From assembly GCA_013239625.1 (NCBI GenBank), contig MU054212.1, positions 682,001 to 746,000 of the forward strand: a stretch of DNA of 64,000 nucleotides. The letters run 5' to 3'. The DNA is from Lama guanicoe. Taxonomy: Eukaryota. Made by a program: the position numbers and the translations under genes. The notes under the pieces are model-generated. The model did no database searches, was not told where the DNA came from, and saw nothing but the letters and a program-made list of their open reading frames with translations. Below are positions 13,016 to 26,840 of this stretch, one piece after another (positions within the stretch are counted from its first letter, which is position 1; every line of letters begins with the position of its first letter).

Positions 13016-16000
13016 TCTGGTGGGAAGTAAGCTAACTAACAGTCACAATCGGTGTGAGAAAGCCCTAGCAGGAAGAGTACCAGGAGCACAAGCCGCCCTA
13101 CGGGGCAGTGAACCCAGCCTAGCGAGCTGGTAAGTCTTCCCAGGTGAAGGAAATCTGAATCGTGTTCCAAGTGGGAGCCCAGGATGGACAAAGGCCCACA
13201 GGTGAGAGAGACAACGGCTCGTTCAAAGCCTCTCAGGTAAGTTCAACCAGCCTGACCTCAGCCTGTGAGCGCTCAAGGCGGGCGCGGCAGGAGCTGACAC
13301 TGGAGAAGAAGGGCTGGTCATGAAAGGCCATGTCAACTGTGCAGGAGCTGGGGCTTCAAACTGGGGACCCACTGAAGGGTCTGCAGCATGGGAGCCCACT
13401 GTCACATTTGCCTTTGGGAAAGCTCCCTCTTTTTTACAAGGGAGAGAATGTTTGTTAAGAGAAGCAAGACTAGGGGGCAGGAAGCAAGGCAGGAGTTGTG
13501 AGAGGAATCTGAGAGATCACAGTGGCCCAGGAGGAGGCCATTCAGAAGATGGACAGGTTCTAAAGCCTTTTACAGGTCCTGGTGGTTAATTAGATGTCGA
13601 GAAATCAAGAATAGCCCAGGTTTCTGAATCAGGCAACGGGATAGAGGACACCATTCACTGCAGGTGAAGTGAAGGGACACACAGAGGCAAGCAGGCTCCG
13701 GAGGGCAGGCGTCTTTCTTTTCTTCACTGAAGTAGCCCAAGTGTCTAGAAAAGTGACTGGTGCATAGTGTGCCTGTAATACATTTTTGTTGAATGAGTTA
13801 TTCTGCCTGACTATGCACCTCCTATGTGCCAGGCATGGCTCTTGGCATTGGGGATACTCCAGTGACAAAACAGATTTTTTTTTTTTAAATTCTTGACCTT
13901 TGTAGACCTTACATTCTATTGAGGGAGGTGCATTCAGTCTGACTCCTCTACAAGGAGGGGAAAAGGCAATTCAGGTGAAAACACCATCCTTCCATATATA
14001 AGTTCCCTAAGCCTCTCTTCCCGGAGAAAAGTAAAGGACAGCCAGGATCAGAAAACGAGAAAGCAATATTCCAGCCTTGTTGGCTGAAATACACACAACC
14101 ATAGGCGACACTTTTTAAAGTTTTACTATGAAATATGAGGTGTGATATACTTGCTATGAAAAATGAACTATTATCTGGCAAAGTAATTCTAAAGTTCACC
14201 TGAAATTACATATTAGTGACAATACAAAGAACAAAAATTCATAAAAAAGTAAGTGGTGAAAAGTCTTCTTCCTTCCCCTTGTTCACTATCTGCATTGTGT
14301 CCCTCTTTTCCTATAATAACCACTTTCACTAGTTTCTTCTTTTTTTTTTTAAATAAAAAAACCATACATACACTTTGACATGATGGAAGTATACTAGATT
14401 CTTATGGACTTGCTTTTGTTCCCCATCAAGTGCATCATGAAGACCTTTCCACGTTAATATACGAGAGTTTCCTTTTTTTAAATGTTTGAATAGTATTCCA
14501 TTAGGAATACAATATCATTTATTTAACTGGTTCTGTATAGATGAAAATTAGGTTGTTTAAAAATGCTTGCTGTCACAAAAGCTGCAATGGTTCACATGTA
14601 TATCTTTGTACATATTTCATGTACATAAATGCAAGTAAATCTCTCAGGTAAATTCCTGGACGCGGAACTGCTGGATTGGAGGATTAAAACCATTGAAATG
14701 TTGCTTTATTCTACCGAAGTGCCAATTGTGATATTTTACCAATTTGCCACCCATCATCAAGGTATGACAGCACCTGCTTTCTACATCCTCATCAATGCCA
14801 TGTTATCAGATTTTGAAATTTTATTTTGCAAATCTTATTGGTAAAATATATTTTATATTATGTTTTTCTTATGAATGAAGTCTATCATTTTACACGCTCA
14901 AGAACCATTTGTAAGTAGGGATTTTTAGTTTTGGTATAAAGATCTAGTTTTAGTGCACTGGAATGGTATAATTGCTACTTTTTTGTAAATAATTGATCTT
15001 TTATTCATGGTTAATATTCCATGGGCATTTGAAAAGGAAGTATAATCTTTATTTTCAAAATACAGAGTTTGATATTTAACTATTAGTTGTATTATTTAGT
15101 TATTTATATATACACAAACACACACACTAGTTTTTTGTTTGTCCAGTTGATCTGTCATGGAAAACTAGTAGTAAATTTATCTCCTAATACTAGTATGTTG
15201 CTATTTGTCCCTAGAATTCCCTGAGTTTTTACTTGGCAAATGATGATGCCCTGTTGTTTTGCTGGTTGATATTCATCACTATTTTATTTTCATTTTGAAC
15301 TTCATGCTCCAGCATTGTAATGTGTCCTTTCATTTTGAACTGCACGTTTTAGCATTATAATACACCTTTCTCACTTGCTTAACTCTTTTTGTCCTGAATT
15401 CAACCTTGTCTGACATTAAGATCTCTACATCTGCTTTTTTGTGTGTGCATCTGTGTGATATTAAAAAAAAAAAAGAAGAGAATGAGGGATGGCGTGTTCT
15501 GCCACATATTTAAAAGCTATAATAATTGAAACAATTTAGCACTAGCCTCTTTTCATAAAAACTGACAAATAATGAGGGTAGTATAAATGAAACCATTAGG
15601 GGAGGGATGATTTCTTCACACTGCACTATAAGCTAAAATAAATGGACAATAATTAAAAACTGAACAAAAGCTCTAATGACATATAGGTGAATAGCTACAT
15701 GATCTTGTGATGGAGGAGAATAAACATAAAAGCAATAGTATCAATCACAAAAGAAACAATCAATAGAAACACATTTTTTTAAAGCTGGGGGGAGGGCGGA
15801 GTTTGAGGTGAAAAAGGTAAAGTGAGTGCCAGAGCACTCCATGCTGCTTCTGCACTGCCCAGACTATAGACCTGACCCTGTACCACTTTCTGTCTTTTTT
15901 CTAACAATAGCATCCCCCAGTCACAAGACCACATACTGGATTCCTCTGTGTTTCTCTCTGCAGCTTCATTCCTATGTTCAAACAATGAATTTTCTATGAG

Positions 16001-16715
16001 GTCACTTAAAAATTAAATAATCAAAATAATTAGAATCAAAATGAAAACAGCAAAGAATAAATTGAAAAAAGAAATTCCAATAAATATGATGGAAAGGTGG
16101 TTAGCATCCTTAAAATATAAAGAATTAAATTAATAAGAAAAATATGAAAACCCTAGTAAAAATAAAGGGGTAAAAAGCACAAATAGATAATTCACTAAAA
16201 AAGAGGTACAAGTGGGTAATAAACAGAAGAAAACTGTCCAACTTCATCTAAGAAATGATAAGACAAAACAAATTTTTTGCTCATGAAATCAGCAGAGAGA
16301 GGAAAAAAGTTAACAGTTGTGGTTTGAGTACAACATCGTAGACACTCTCATATACAGACTGGGTAACATTGTTAATTGATAAAATGATGCTGGAAAAGAA
16401 TTTGTTAATATTCAAAAAGAATACTAAAGAAGTTCATATTCTTTTATCTAAATTTCTTATATAGGAATCTATTTCAAAAATAGTTAGAAATTTGGCAGAT
16501 TTGAATGCAAAAAATGTTTGATAACATTGTTGTGTTTATACCCCCAAAATGGGACATAATTTAAATGCCATTAATAGAATGGCTAAATAAATTAATAGTA
16601 TGTCTATCTGATGAAAAAAAATCTATGCAGTCATTAAAAATATTTTAAAGGACATTAAATGATGCTGGTTGGATATTTCCCACAAACGTGTATAGAAAGC
16701 ATAGAAGATACTCAC

Positions 16716-16762
16716 CCTTGGAATAATGTAGGGTAGGTAAACTTCAAGACAGACAGAACATA
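16716..16762 (-). CDS. TMEM241: TMEM241 coding exon 2 (YVLSVLKFTYPTLFQG)
   Basis: 47 nt; acceptor tttttcag, donor gtgagt; phase continuous with exons 1 and 3. Confidence 0.95.
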
Positions 16763-18439
16763 CTGAAAAACAAATACCAGGTTAATGGACATTTTCAAAT
16801 TATAGTAAATTGATAAACCGTATAATCAAAGTAATCCCTACTGAAGAAACATAAGTACACTCAAGTTTCAAAAAAGGCTTTATACCTCCCAAAAATCACA
16901 CACTGGGGAAAAAAATGACCTTCCAAGTCATACTAAAGACTTGACTTGTGGGTTTTCATGAAAGACCTGTTACTTTGCCCTTTCTGATGATTATATAGAA
17001 ACAAAGTAAGGTCATTCTGTTTTTAAAGTGAAACAGTATCAATATATCCATCAGGTTAGCTAGACAAATTTGAATAGTTAAATGAAAAAGCCAGGTTTTC
17101 ACAAATTCATATATTCCTGAGTAGGTCTACCACCAACTAATGTTCTTACTTTAGCTACCTGTCCCATGAGGAAAAGAACAAATCTGTTAAAAGTTAGTCA
17201 TTATTGTGTCATATCACAAGCAAAAGACTGTCTTCCCTTCCTCCTTTCCTTTCTTCTAGAGCACCTACCACTTATCTTATAGAGCATTTATCATAATGCT
17301 GGGCACTCGGCCACCCTGCTTATGAACATTATTTCAATTAATCCTCATAACTACCCTTTGAAAAGGACTTTTTAATCCCATCTTGAAATTCAAAAATTTA
17401 GGTTTAGAGAGATTAAAGTCCCAAAGGCCAAGAAGGTTGAGCCAGGATGCAAACGTTATCACTGCCTTCCAGAAAGGTGGTACTACTGGATCTTCAGAAG
17501 CCCACCACCATAACTGAAAATTAACTGGACAAGGCGGAAGCGGAGTTCAGGGGCATCCTCTGAATATACTGAAGACAGCCACTCACATTAAGAAAGAAGG
17601 TATAAGAAAATGCTGTTTGTTAACAGTTCTTTTGCAAAGAGCAAGAGGGTTTTTTCCTCAGGAAGGGAGTGGGGAGAGAGCAGTAGAGACCTTTAGTGGG
17701 GGAAGGTGGTCCTGGGCCCTGTATCAAGATGTTGGTTTAGTGTCCATTCCCAGAGTCTAGGATGGGGTGATGCCCTACTCTAGCCCATGGGGATCCAACA
17801 TTTCCCTGCATGGTACCAAGTCCAAGGCTAGTTTCTCCCTGCTAACAAAACAAAAACATGGTACCACTGCTCTTCTGCCTCTTCATCAAAAGGGTTTTAT
17901 AACATCACTTTAGACAAAATTAAGTTTACATTTTATTTTTTTAAATAATTCCACGAGAAACTCTTGAATACACTGGAAGTCCCTGGGATGGAGACAGTAA
18001 AAATAGGTTTGGAAATCAGTGGTGTGAGGCGGAAATGCAGATGGATTGATATCTTCTATTTAAAGGCTTCTGGAACCTTGTGGGGTTCTGAGGCAGGGGC
18101 GTGTTCAGAAGAGAAGGCAGGATGTGACTGATTCCTTCTCCTACTCTTTCATCTCCGAGGGAACAGGAGCCAGTTGTTTTTTTCTTTCCCTAAAAAGTAG
18201 TCCACATATCCCAAAATTAAGTTCCTGAGAATTCACCAGCCAAAAAACCTGGCTTCCCAGGAAATGTAAGGACGATATCCCAGGACGATAAATGGGGACA
18301 GTACTGTCCAACAAACCTATTTCTAAAAAAGCATCGTACACAGAGTCGTCGTCTTCTCCGTCATCATCAGCAACAAATCAATTAAAAATCTGGAGGCAGC
18401 ATTTGCTCCGCGTACGATTTGGGAACTCAGATCCCCCAC

Positions 18440-18780
18440 TGCCAATCTTCACGACCCCACGCCCGCCCCCCTCACCTTGTTCGTGAGGTAAGAAGCCAAG
18501 TAGCAGATACAAAACGTGAGGCCGACCAGGCACCTCCTCATGTACATCTGTCAACTTGCGCTCCTTCCCGGGGACCCCCCGGGAGCCCCACAGCCGCCGC
18601 CAGAGCCGGGCCACCGCCGCCGCGGCCAGGACCGCCACGTGGCTGCGAGCTCCGCCAATCGGCGCGGGGACCGCCCCCTGCGCCTGCCTCTTAAAGGGGC
18701 CGCGCTTCCGCAGGCTCTGCAGCCTGGCGGTGGGCGGGGCGGCACCCAGCGTGCCAGTGCTGCGACCCTGTGGAGAGCAA
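18440..18780 (-). promoter_or_regulatory. TMEM241: TMEM241 CpG-island promoter/5' UTR
   Basis: CpG-dense; E-box CACGTG 18636-18641, CCAAT 18655-18659, GC box near 18732-18739. Confidence 0.85.
18476..18547 (-). CDS. TMEM241: TMEM241 coding exon 1 (MYMRRCLVGLTFCICYLASYLTNK)
   Basis: ATG at 18547-18545 in a CpG island; 72 nt; donor AAG|gtgagg; resembles the recalled human N-terminus MCVRRSLVGLTFCTCYLASYLTNK. Confidence 0.95.
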
Positions 18781-20679
18781 GAGAGGACAGTTGTCCCTGT
18801 AAAAAAGTAGAAAATGATAGAGGAGGGGGAAAAAAGCAGTTGACAAAACAGTCCACAACACTCTATTAGCATTTAGAGAGAAATGTTTACGAATATTAGC
18901 TCCAACCGGTGGACCAGACTGTTGTTTGTGCTTTACTGAATTTTGTTTTCTACATTCAGTCTGTATTATTTTTGCAAACGGCATCTAAAAAGCTAACAAC
19001 AATAAATGCTATTTTAAAGGAAGGCCAGGGTGAGGGGGAGGGACTATAACGGGAATAGTTTTTCCTTTAGGAGACGTCAATCCAATTGCTTTGAAATTTC
19101 CTTAAAGTAAGAAATCCTTCAAAAAGTAGAGTTTCAAGCACAGCGCCTGTTCCTAGCCTCTAGGGTGGAAAACTGACCTAGTTAGGCTTCGGGCAGATGG
19201 TAGCACACACTGATGGACTCTGTCAGGAACTAGAGATACAAGTGTCCCAGCATGTAGAAACTCACAGGTTTTTAGAAATATCCCACATGCCAGGAAAACG
19301 TCACTCTTTTTTTTATCTGTATTCCCAATCTAAAATTGCTTATCAGACTATATTATCCAAGAAAATATTGGATACATTGTCTCCATAGAAAACACAAATA
19401 AACTAAAAAGTTATTTTTCCTTGATATTATTTTAGGAAACCTATTTCTGAGCTAAAGAGTCCTTACAAAGAAGATTTTTGCCCAAAAGAATTTGCTTGAA
19501 ATTAGTGGTTATTATTTACCTGAGATTTCCCTGAGCTCTCTTAGTAGATGAAAAAATTCAATTCAGACCTTATTTCCCAGTTATTGCCTAACTTATTTTC
19601 TCTGACAGAATTTGCTTAGCAAGCAGGAACAACTAGAACAATAAAGAACCATACAAATAGGAGTTGACATTTGTAGCAAAAGTGCTGATAGATCTTACCA
19701 GAGACTGATTTTTCCAAAGCTGCATTATTCTGTTCCACAAAACAAAGACTGAATAAAAATCAAGTCTTACATTGAAAAACAACAAGGTGATATGTGAGAC
19801 TAAGTTAGACCTTCTATACACACACACACACACACATACACATAATTTAACTTCTTGTATTGTTAATTGAGATCTATGAGACCAAAGGGTCATAGTTATT
19901 TATTAACTTTTTGAAAATTGATCCATAAACCCTCAACAAATGTTTATTGAATAAAAAAAGAGGGGAGCTTGGATTAAACAATTCTTTGTGGGGTTTTTCC
20001 TCTCATTAATCTTTTTAAATAATGTGTCTGTGTGTGTTTTTTGACAGCACACATGGACAATTCTCAAAAGATGACAGAAGCAACTGTATACTCTTCAAAA
20101 CTCCCTAAATGCCCCTGAGAGAAGAATATCAAAATCTCTTTCATTTAGTTTGCTCATGATTCACTGTATTTGAGGATTCATAACTTACATTAGTTCTAGG
20201 GGGGAAATGTCTTTCTCACATTCTGTGTATTCTCTTTTTAAGGAATTCATATTAACTTTACCCCTCTTGTATCTCAGTTTCATCCTCAGTAAAGTTGAGA
20301 TAACGGTAGAATTCACCGCTCAGGGTTATTTTGAGGACTAACGAGTTACCGCTGTACTTTGAACATGGATATAATTAATGAGGTGTAATGCTTAGCTACT
20401 TTTATCCAGACACGTTATGAAAATCTCCCTACAAAATACCGAATCAAAACTTTTATTATGCTGCGGTATTTTTGCTCAATGTTACGTAACACACTTCACA
20501 AAATTTCACATCCCACGCCCCGCCTCCTAACGACAACTGCAATTACAACAAAATCCGACCGTCTTCTCCAGTCTCCCCTCTCTAAACCTGCCATTTTCCG
20601 TCTCCGGTACCATCCCAGTTTAGAATTCACCCGGGAAATAATGAATGAACAGAGAGCTTGGTTTGCTTGTTTACATATA

Positions 20680-21400
20680 GTCCACGCAGCCTTCCGTCTA
20701 ACTAGATCCAGCGGCCGTCTCCGGCAGCCAGGGAGGCGGAACAGGTACAGGGTAATGCCTGGCCAGAGGAAGCCACACCCGGCCGCTGTACTGCCAGGCA
20801 AGGGCGACAGTGACCACCAGTCCCCGGCTTGGGGCAGCGACCGGAAGTGCGGTCCTCCGGGGGCGGGGAATGGTGACCTAATGCGGAGCCGGGCAGCGGC
20901 CAATGGGAAGCGAGCGTTCTCGCGTAAAGGGCGGAAGAGAAGAAGTCTGATTCCGGACGCGGCCGCCGCCGCCGCCATCTGTCACCTCAGCTCCGGCACC
21001 AGCAGCCTGTCGCCTCTGCCCCACTGCCTGTCTCCTCGGCGGAGGCTGCCTCCCGGTCCTGCCACCTCTTTGTTCTGTTCTGGTCGCCAGCTGCTTCTCC
21101 CACATGGATCTGGTTGGAGTGGCATCCCCTGAGCCTGGGCCGGCAGCGGCCTGGGGACCCAGCAAGGTGAGTGGCTGTCGGGGCTGATGTACCTGCCTTA
21201 GTCACCGGGGCTGGTCCTCTCGGAAGGCCTGGAGAGGGTGGCAGGCGCCGAGGAGGCTCCGCAGGCGACTCGAGAAATTCTGGGCGAGACCCCGGCCACC
21301 TCAGAAAGGAAGGAGAGGACGGGCGGCGGGGCTGCCGCAGCGGGGAAGGAGAGGCAGGGACGGGGCGCTGGTTAGTGGGACCCTGGGTGGTTTGGAGCCT
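20680..21400 (+). promoter_or_regulatory. RIOK3: RIOK3 CpG-island promoter, exon 1 and start of intron 1
   Basis: CpG-dense; ETS CCGGAAGTG 20841-20849, GC box near 20860, CCAAT near 20900, YY1-like GCCGCCATCT 20971-20980. Confidence 0.85.
21104..21166 (+). CDS. RIOK3: RIOK3 coding exon 1 (MDLVGVASPEPGPAAAWGPSK)
   Basis: 63 nt; ATG 21104; donor AAG|gtgagt. Confidence 0.96.
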
Positions 21401-22909
21401 CTGCCTAGTTCTATACCTTGATTTCTGAACCTCTGTAGCGTGTATTTGAGGAGGACTCGCTTAGAGACGCTGACATTTGAGAGAAAGCAAGCCCCAACTT
21501 GTTTTTCACGGGCTAAGTGAGTCAGCCCAATTACACACAAAAAGCCGGACAGAAGGGTGGTTAGGAAGCTGTTTCCTTAACTTGGCAAGTGTGGTTATCC
21601 TACTTCGGCAGTTACTTGTTTTTGGAGTAGTAAGAGATAAATACAGGCACACCCTCTCTCCCCTAATGTTTACATACTGCAAGACGGTTATGAATGCTCA
21701 TCTGCTTGGGCTTTAACGTTTAAGCTTTTTCCTGTAATGTCTAAGTATAATGTTTATTTCACATTTCACATTTGGATTCTGGTTTCAGGCTGCTCCTTTT
21801 CATGATACTTTCATTAGAAGAATGAAAAGACTCTTCTGCCACTTGTGGAGGGTTTGCTTGAAAGCACAAGTGCTTCAATAGGGATTTTTGTGTTCCTCAA
21901 ATTAAAGTAGTGAAGGAATCCACTCTTTTAGCTTCATAATTGTTCTTTTTTTAATCTAATGGACATGTGACCATATATTAATTTAAGGTGTACAACATAA
22001 TTTGATATATGTATATATTAAACAAAATGCTCACCACAGTAAGTCTAGTTAATATACAGAGTTACAAGTTTTTGTTTCTTGTGATGAGAACTTTTAAGAT
22101 TTACTTTCTTAACAACTTTCAAATATGCAATACAGTATTGTTAACTGTAGTCATCATGTTGTACATTACATCCTCATGACTTTTTTTTTTTGTAACTGAA
22201 AATTTCTACCTTTTGACCAGCTTCATTCATTTCACCCACTGAACATTTGTTCGATTTAAAGGGTCACTTGTTAATCTCATTGGCTGTTAGGCTAGATGTT
22301 AACAGAAAGTGGGGGAAATAGCCATTAAGTAAAGGGAATTTTTATAAAAGTTCTCATACAACCACAGGGAGAATTCTCAGATATTCCACTGGCAAGTGTG
22401 GTTACATCTATGTGTTACTTTGTGTATTTTTTTCTATTAGGGCCTTGTTTACAAGACCAAGATCAGTAGACCTGAAAGGATGAAATCAGAAGAGAGATAC
22501 TAATAGATATATCCTTACATGTTAAATTCCTCCAGTTAAGCATCTATATAAGCTTGTGAAAATGTCAACTGAGACAAAGTTTGTTCAGAATACCTAACTT
22601 CACAACAAATTTCACTTACAAAATCAATTCAGTAATAAAATATTTGTCATCAGTCATATTTTCACTTATGTGTTCATCATCAGAACTATAAAATTTCATT
22701 TTCATCTTTTAACAAGAATATCATCCTGGGGTTTATTGATGCTCCAATGGGAAGACAGCATTTTCATAGGCAAAACAATTAGATGTTGTAAGTATCGCTT
22801 AATCCTTTCCTTCTCTAACTTCTTGGAAGAGTAAAGTGATTATAGAAGCCTACATGGAGGAGTGGAGATTTGAGAAAAGTCTTGGAAAATGGAAAGAATG
22901 TTAAAGGCC

Positions 22910-23580
22910 AGTGATTCTCAAAACTTTTCCATCAGGACTTCTTTACAGTCTTAAAATACTACTGAGGACCCCAAAGAACTTTTGTTTATATTGATTATAT
23001 CTATTGATATTTGTCATATCAGAAATTAAAACTGAGATGTTGAAAATGTTTATCAAGTGATCTAAGTCATTATGTTAATATAAATAACATTTTTCTGTTT
23101 TGAAAAATCTATTTTCCGAAACAAAAGTAGTGAAGACTAGTATTGTTTTGTATTTTTGTAAATCTCTTTAATGTCTGACGAGATAGCAGACAGCTGGATT
23201 CTCATAGCTCCTTTTTACTTCAGTCTGTTGCGGTACGTATTAGTTGAAGTAGACGAAGTAAGTCCATCCTCACAGATATGTAGATTATAGCAGGTAATCA
23301 AAGCAAAACTGCGTTAATCTCTAAAACTGTGCATTTATATCTTAAACCTACTACCTTAGAAAATTTTGGAAAACACAAGAATACACGTGCACACATTCAA
23401 GTGGCCACTAGAGTGCTGTGATTATATCTGATACAGACTCTGGAAAACTCCACACCATGCCCCTGAGAGAATGAGAGTGGAAAGACAAAGAGTATCGTAG
23501 AACTATCATGAAAATAATTTTGACCTTTTAGACACCCTGAAAGGGACTTGAGGTCTGCAGTTATAAAACGCCAAACTGCT
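22910..23580. mobile_element. Charlie1-like DNA transposon remnant
   Basis: cagtgattctcaaa...tgaggaccccaaagaacttttgtttat...aaattaaaactgag. Confidence 0.7.
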
Positions 23581-23699
23581 ATTATGAACAAAGAATTTTA
23601 GGGAATATTTCAAGAAGGGAGAATTGACAAAATGTAGGCAAAAGGGAGGAAGAGTGTGGCTCTGTTGGAAAGAGCTGTAACAAATGGATTAGTGGTCTT

Positions 23700-24020
23700 C
23701 CTCAAAACCAGCGAAGTCGCCAAAAACATGGACAGTCTGAGAAACTCACAGCCAAGAGGAGCCTAAGGAGACGTGATGACTAAATGCCATACAGTATCCT
23801 GAATGGTATCCTGGAAAAGAAAAGGGACATAAGGGGAAAACTAAGGAAATCTGAATGAAGTATGGACTTTATTTAATCATAATATATTGGTTCATTAATT
23901 GTGACAGATGTATAATATTAATACAGGGAAACTGGGTATAGGGTATTTGGGAACTCTATACTATCTTTGTGATTTTTCTGTAAATCTGAAAGTACTCTAA
24001 AATTGAAAGTTTAAAAAAAA
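23700..24020 (+). mobile_element. L1MC-like 3' end
   Basis: gaggagcctaaggagacgtgatgactaaatg...tttttctgtaaatctgaaa. Confidence 0.75.
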
Positions 24021-24289
24021 TAGTGCTGTTCTGTAGACCCAGATCACTTTTTGCGGAGATCCTTGTCTTGAGAAGTAAAATTACCTGCTTAAATATTTTG
24101 CTTACCTTATGTCTTCTAGCTGCATGAGCAGAAAAGGAACCTTCCTGTGGGTTACAATTCTCTTCAGTTGCTTCAAGTTGAGGCCTGAATTTTTGTTATT
24201 ATGTGCCTCCTTCATGTTTTCTAGTTTTTTAGTTTGCTTGATTCTTTCCACATAGTTGTGTGCAGTAAAACCTTTTTTAAAAAAAAGTT

Positions 24290-24388
24290 GGGGGGTGCGG
24301 ATAGGGAAATAGCTCATTGGTAGAGTGCATGTTTAACATGCACAAGGTCCTGGGTTCAATCCCCAGTACCTCCATTAAAAAAAAGAAG
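24290..24388 (+). mobile_element. tRNA-derived SINE (camelid Vic-1-like)
   Basis: A box tagctcattggtagag, B box gggttcaatccc, A-rich tail. Confidence 0.8.
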
Positions 24389-26840
24389 TGGGATGGGCTT
24401 CTAGGAGCACATCTTTAGGGGTAGAAGGAAGGGGAATGATTTCCCTCTAATCTGCAGCCAGCCAGGTGTGGGAGAAGTGGGAGGAGTGAAGACCCCAGGT
24501 TGCCGAGTTTAGTGGTGGCAGTTTCCCAGAGGAAGGGAAGACAGGATGAGTCAGGGGTCTTCAGAAACAAGAAGGAATCAGGGAGCTGGTTATGGGCTTG
24601 ATAGGTGTCATTGAAAGCAGAATAACTAACTGGAAAGGATTGTGTGGAGTTTCCCATGAGACCTTGTTGCAGTGGGCAGTTTGTGTTGATGTTGGGAGTA
24701 GTGGGAACTGACGTTGGTCACTAGGATAGAGCATGATGATGAAGGGCCTTTTACTTTTATCTCCTTAGATTTATTATTTTTTGAACATTTGACAGAGTTT
24801 CTATATTTCTGAAGAGTGTTTGATTTACTGAAGAGTTGCAAGAGGATGACAGGATTCCCCTGCACCGCCCTATGGTGCCCATTCGTATAAGCCCCCAGTA
24901 CATTTTCTGAGTCCCCCTCCAGGTAGGGAGCTGCTTTTGCTGTGGAGTACTGCCCCTGCCCGGCAGCTGTCCCTCACAGCCCGAAGCCTTTTATGGAGGG
25001 ACAGCTGGGCTACTGGTTTGAAGAGTTTGGATTTGATTTAAAAATACTGACATTGGCAAACTTTCAGTTATTCTTTACCTCACCCAAGGAGATTGCCTCA
25101 GTGTGAGGTGGCCCGGCGGAGCTGGTCAGCGAGGTGCAGGGAAGTGCAGCCCTAGGGTCTAAGGCTCCGAGGAGCAAGACCAGTAGGAGGGGGCACCTCG
25201 GGTGTCGTGGTGCTCTCTGCGTGTTTCCCTTTCTGAGTCATTCTCTCTTGGCAGTAGGGAGACCTCTGCCTCAAAATGACAGTTACTGCCTGCCATTTTT
25301 GCCTCTCTGAGGGATTTTTAGCTGATATTTAACACCTTAGTAGAACTGACTGCTGGCAAGAGTCGGGAAGCATCAGAAGTGGGTGGGCAAAGGGGCTGAC
25401 TTCACGATGGAGAAAAGGACTTTAAAATAGGAGGGATGTAGAAAGGCGCCAGACCTCCACAGCCTAGGGGCAACCTGGCAGTTCCATGAAGTATCTCCAG
25501 GTTTCCTTTTGGTGCATGTTGTTCAGTAAATGAATGAATGCCTCATTATGCCTTAAGCCCAATGCTGGACTCTGGGAATGAGAAGACCGAGCCCTTCAAG
25601 GCGATCTTGCTGGATTGTGGCTGATGTACTGTCCAACAGTGGTATGGAGAGATAAAGGAAAGGAGCTAATTTTGTCTGAACAACTGAGATAATCTTGCAG
25701 GAGAGGTGACATTTAATTGGAGGAAATAGAGTGAAAGAGAATCCGTGAAGGCATGGAGGGGTAAAAGTATGCCATGTTTGGCATGTAATTAGTGTTGCCA
25801 GAGCATAGGACAGGTGAGAGTCAAGACTGGAAGGATAAGTTAGGTCATTTGTGAAGGGCATTTCTTGCTGAGAAATTTGGATTTCAGACTGCAGGTGGTA
25901 CAGCAGCTTGCTTCTCATACCCCAAGACAAGGTGATTAAGGAAGCAAAATTAAGTATAGCAAAATACTGAGAGTACAGCCTCTTAAGTCCTGCTGCCTTG
26001 GTTCAAATCTCAGCACTTCCAACTTGAGTGAAAAAACTTTTTTGTCTCAGTTTCTGAATCTATAAAATAGGGATGACATTGCAACTATTCCAGTGTATGA
26101 CTTAATCTATGTAAGTTAGGTATGTTCACCCAATATAGTGAACAGTGGTGTCTTACCACTATTAGTCGTTGCTGAATGTGATGACAATTCTGAGCTAGAG
26201 AATAGAGTAATTTGCCTTTTGGAACCTGGACTTTGATCAGACCAAGCATTTCTAGGCGAAGAGGCAAGCGTTTTTCTTCTCCCCAGAGAACATCAAAGGA
26301 TGTCAGCAGAGTCATGTGGCCAGTAGATTAGCTATATTCTCCATATTCCAGAGAACTTTAAGATTCCAGACCTCAAAACGCTCACCAGGAGAGTGCCCAG
26401 TTCCTGACAAGTTCTGAGTCAGTGAAAGTCACACCTTGAGGAAACCTCCCTGTTGTCTCCGGGTCTGGCACTAGACAAAGCAGGAACAATTCTGCCGTAG
26501 GCTAGTATAAATATGTGATGGGGCTGGGTGCATCTCAGCAGTCTCAGGGTGAGACAAGGTAAAACTTGATTCTGATTCATTAGGCATAACTCTAATTATC
26601 ATTGATCTCCCTTACATGCTCCACCCTAACAATCTGAACCAAGTAGATTCCCAAACCTCAACATTATGGAACGTGATCAAGGGTCAGTTGCCCAGTTATC
26701 TCTGAGAGTCAGCCCAGCAGGCCCTTAAATAGAGGACCTGTATTGGCTAAACTTGATTAAACATTTTATGGCTAAAATACATGCCATCATATGCTGTATT
26801 CTAAATTGGACTCACAGTAGTCTTTAAGAAATAAGTTTGG

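Noticed and set aside
20458..21132. 224-aa ORF and overlapping antisense ORFs at the RIOK3 promoter
   Set aside because: Out of frame with the RIOK3 CDS; Arg/Pro/Ala-rich product of CpG-island composition
24300..24375. tRNA-like sequence with A and B boxes (also near 37060-37130 and 50150-50220)
   Set aside because: Multiple diverged copies with SINE tails, a TSD on at least one, and no clean acceptor stem: tRNA-derived SINEs, not tRNA genes
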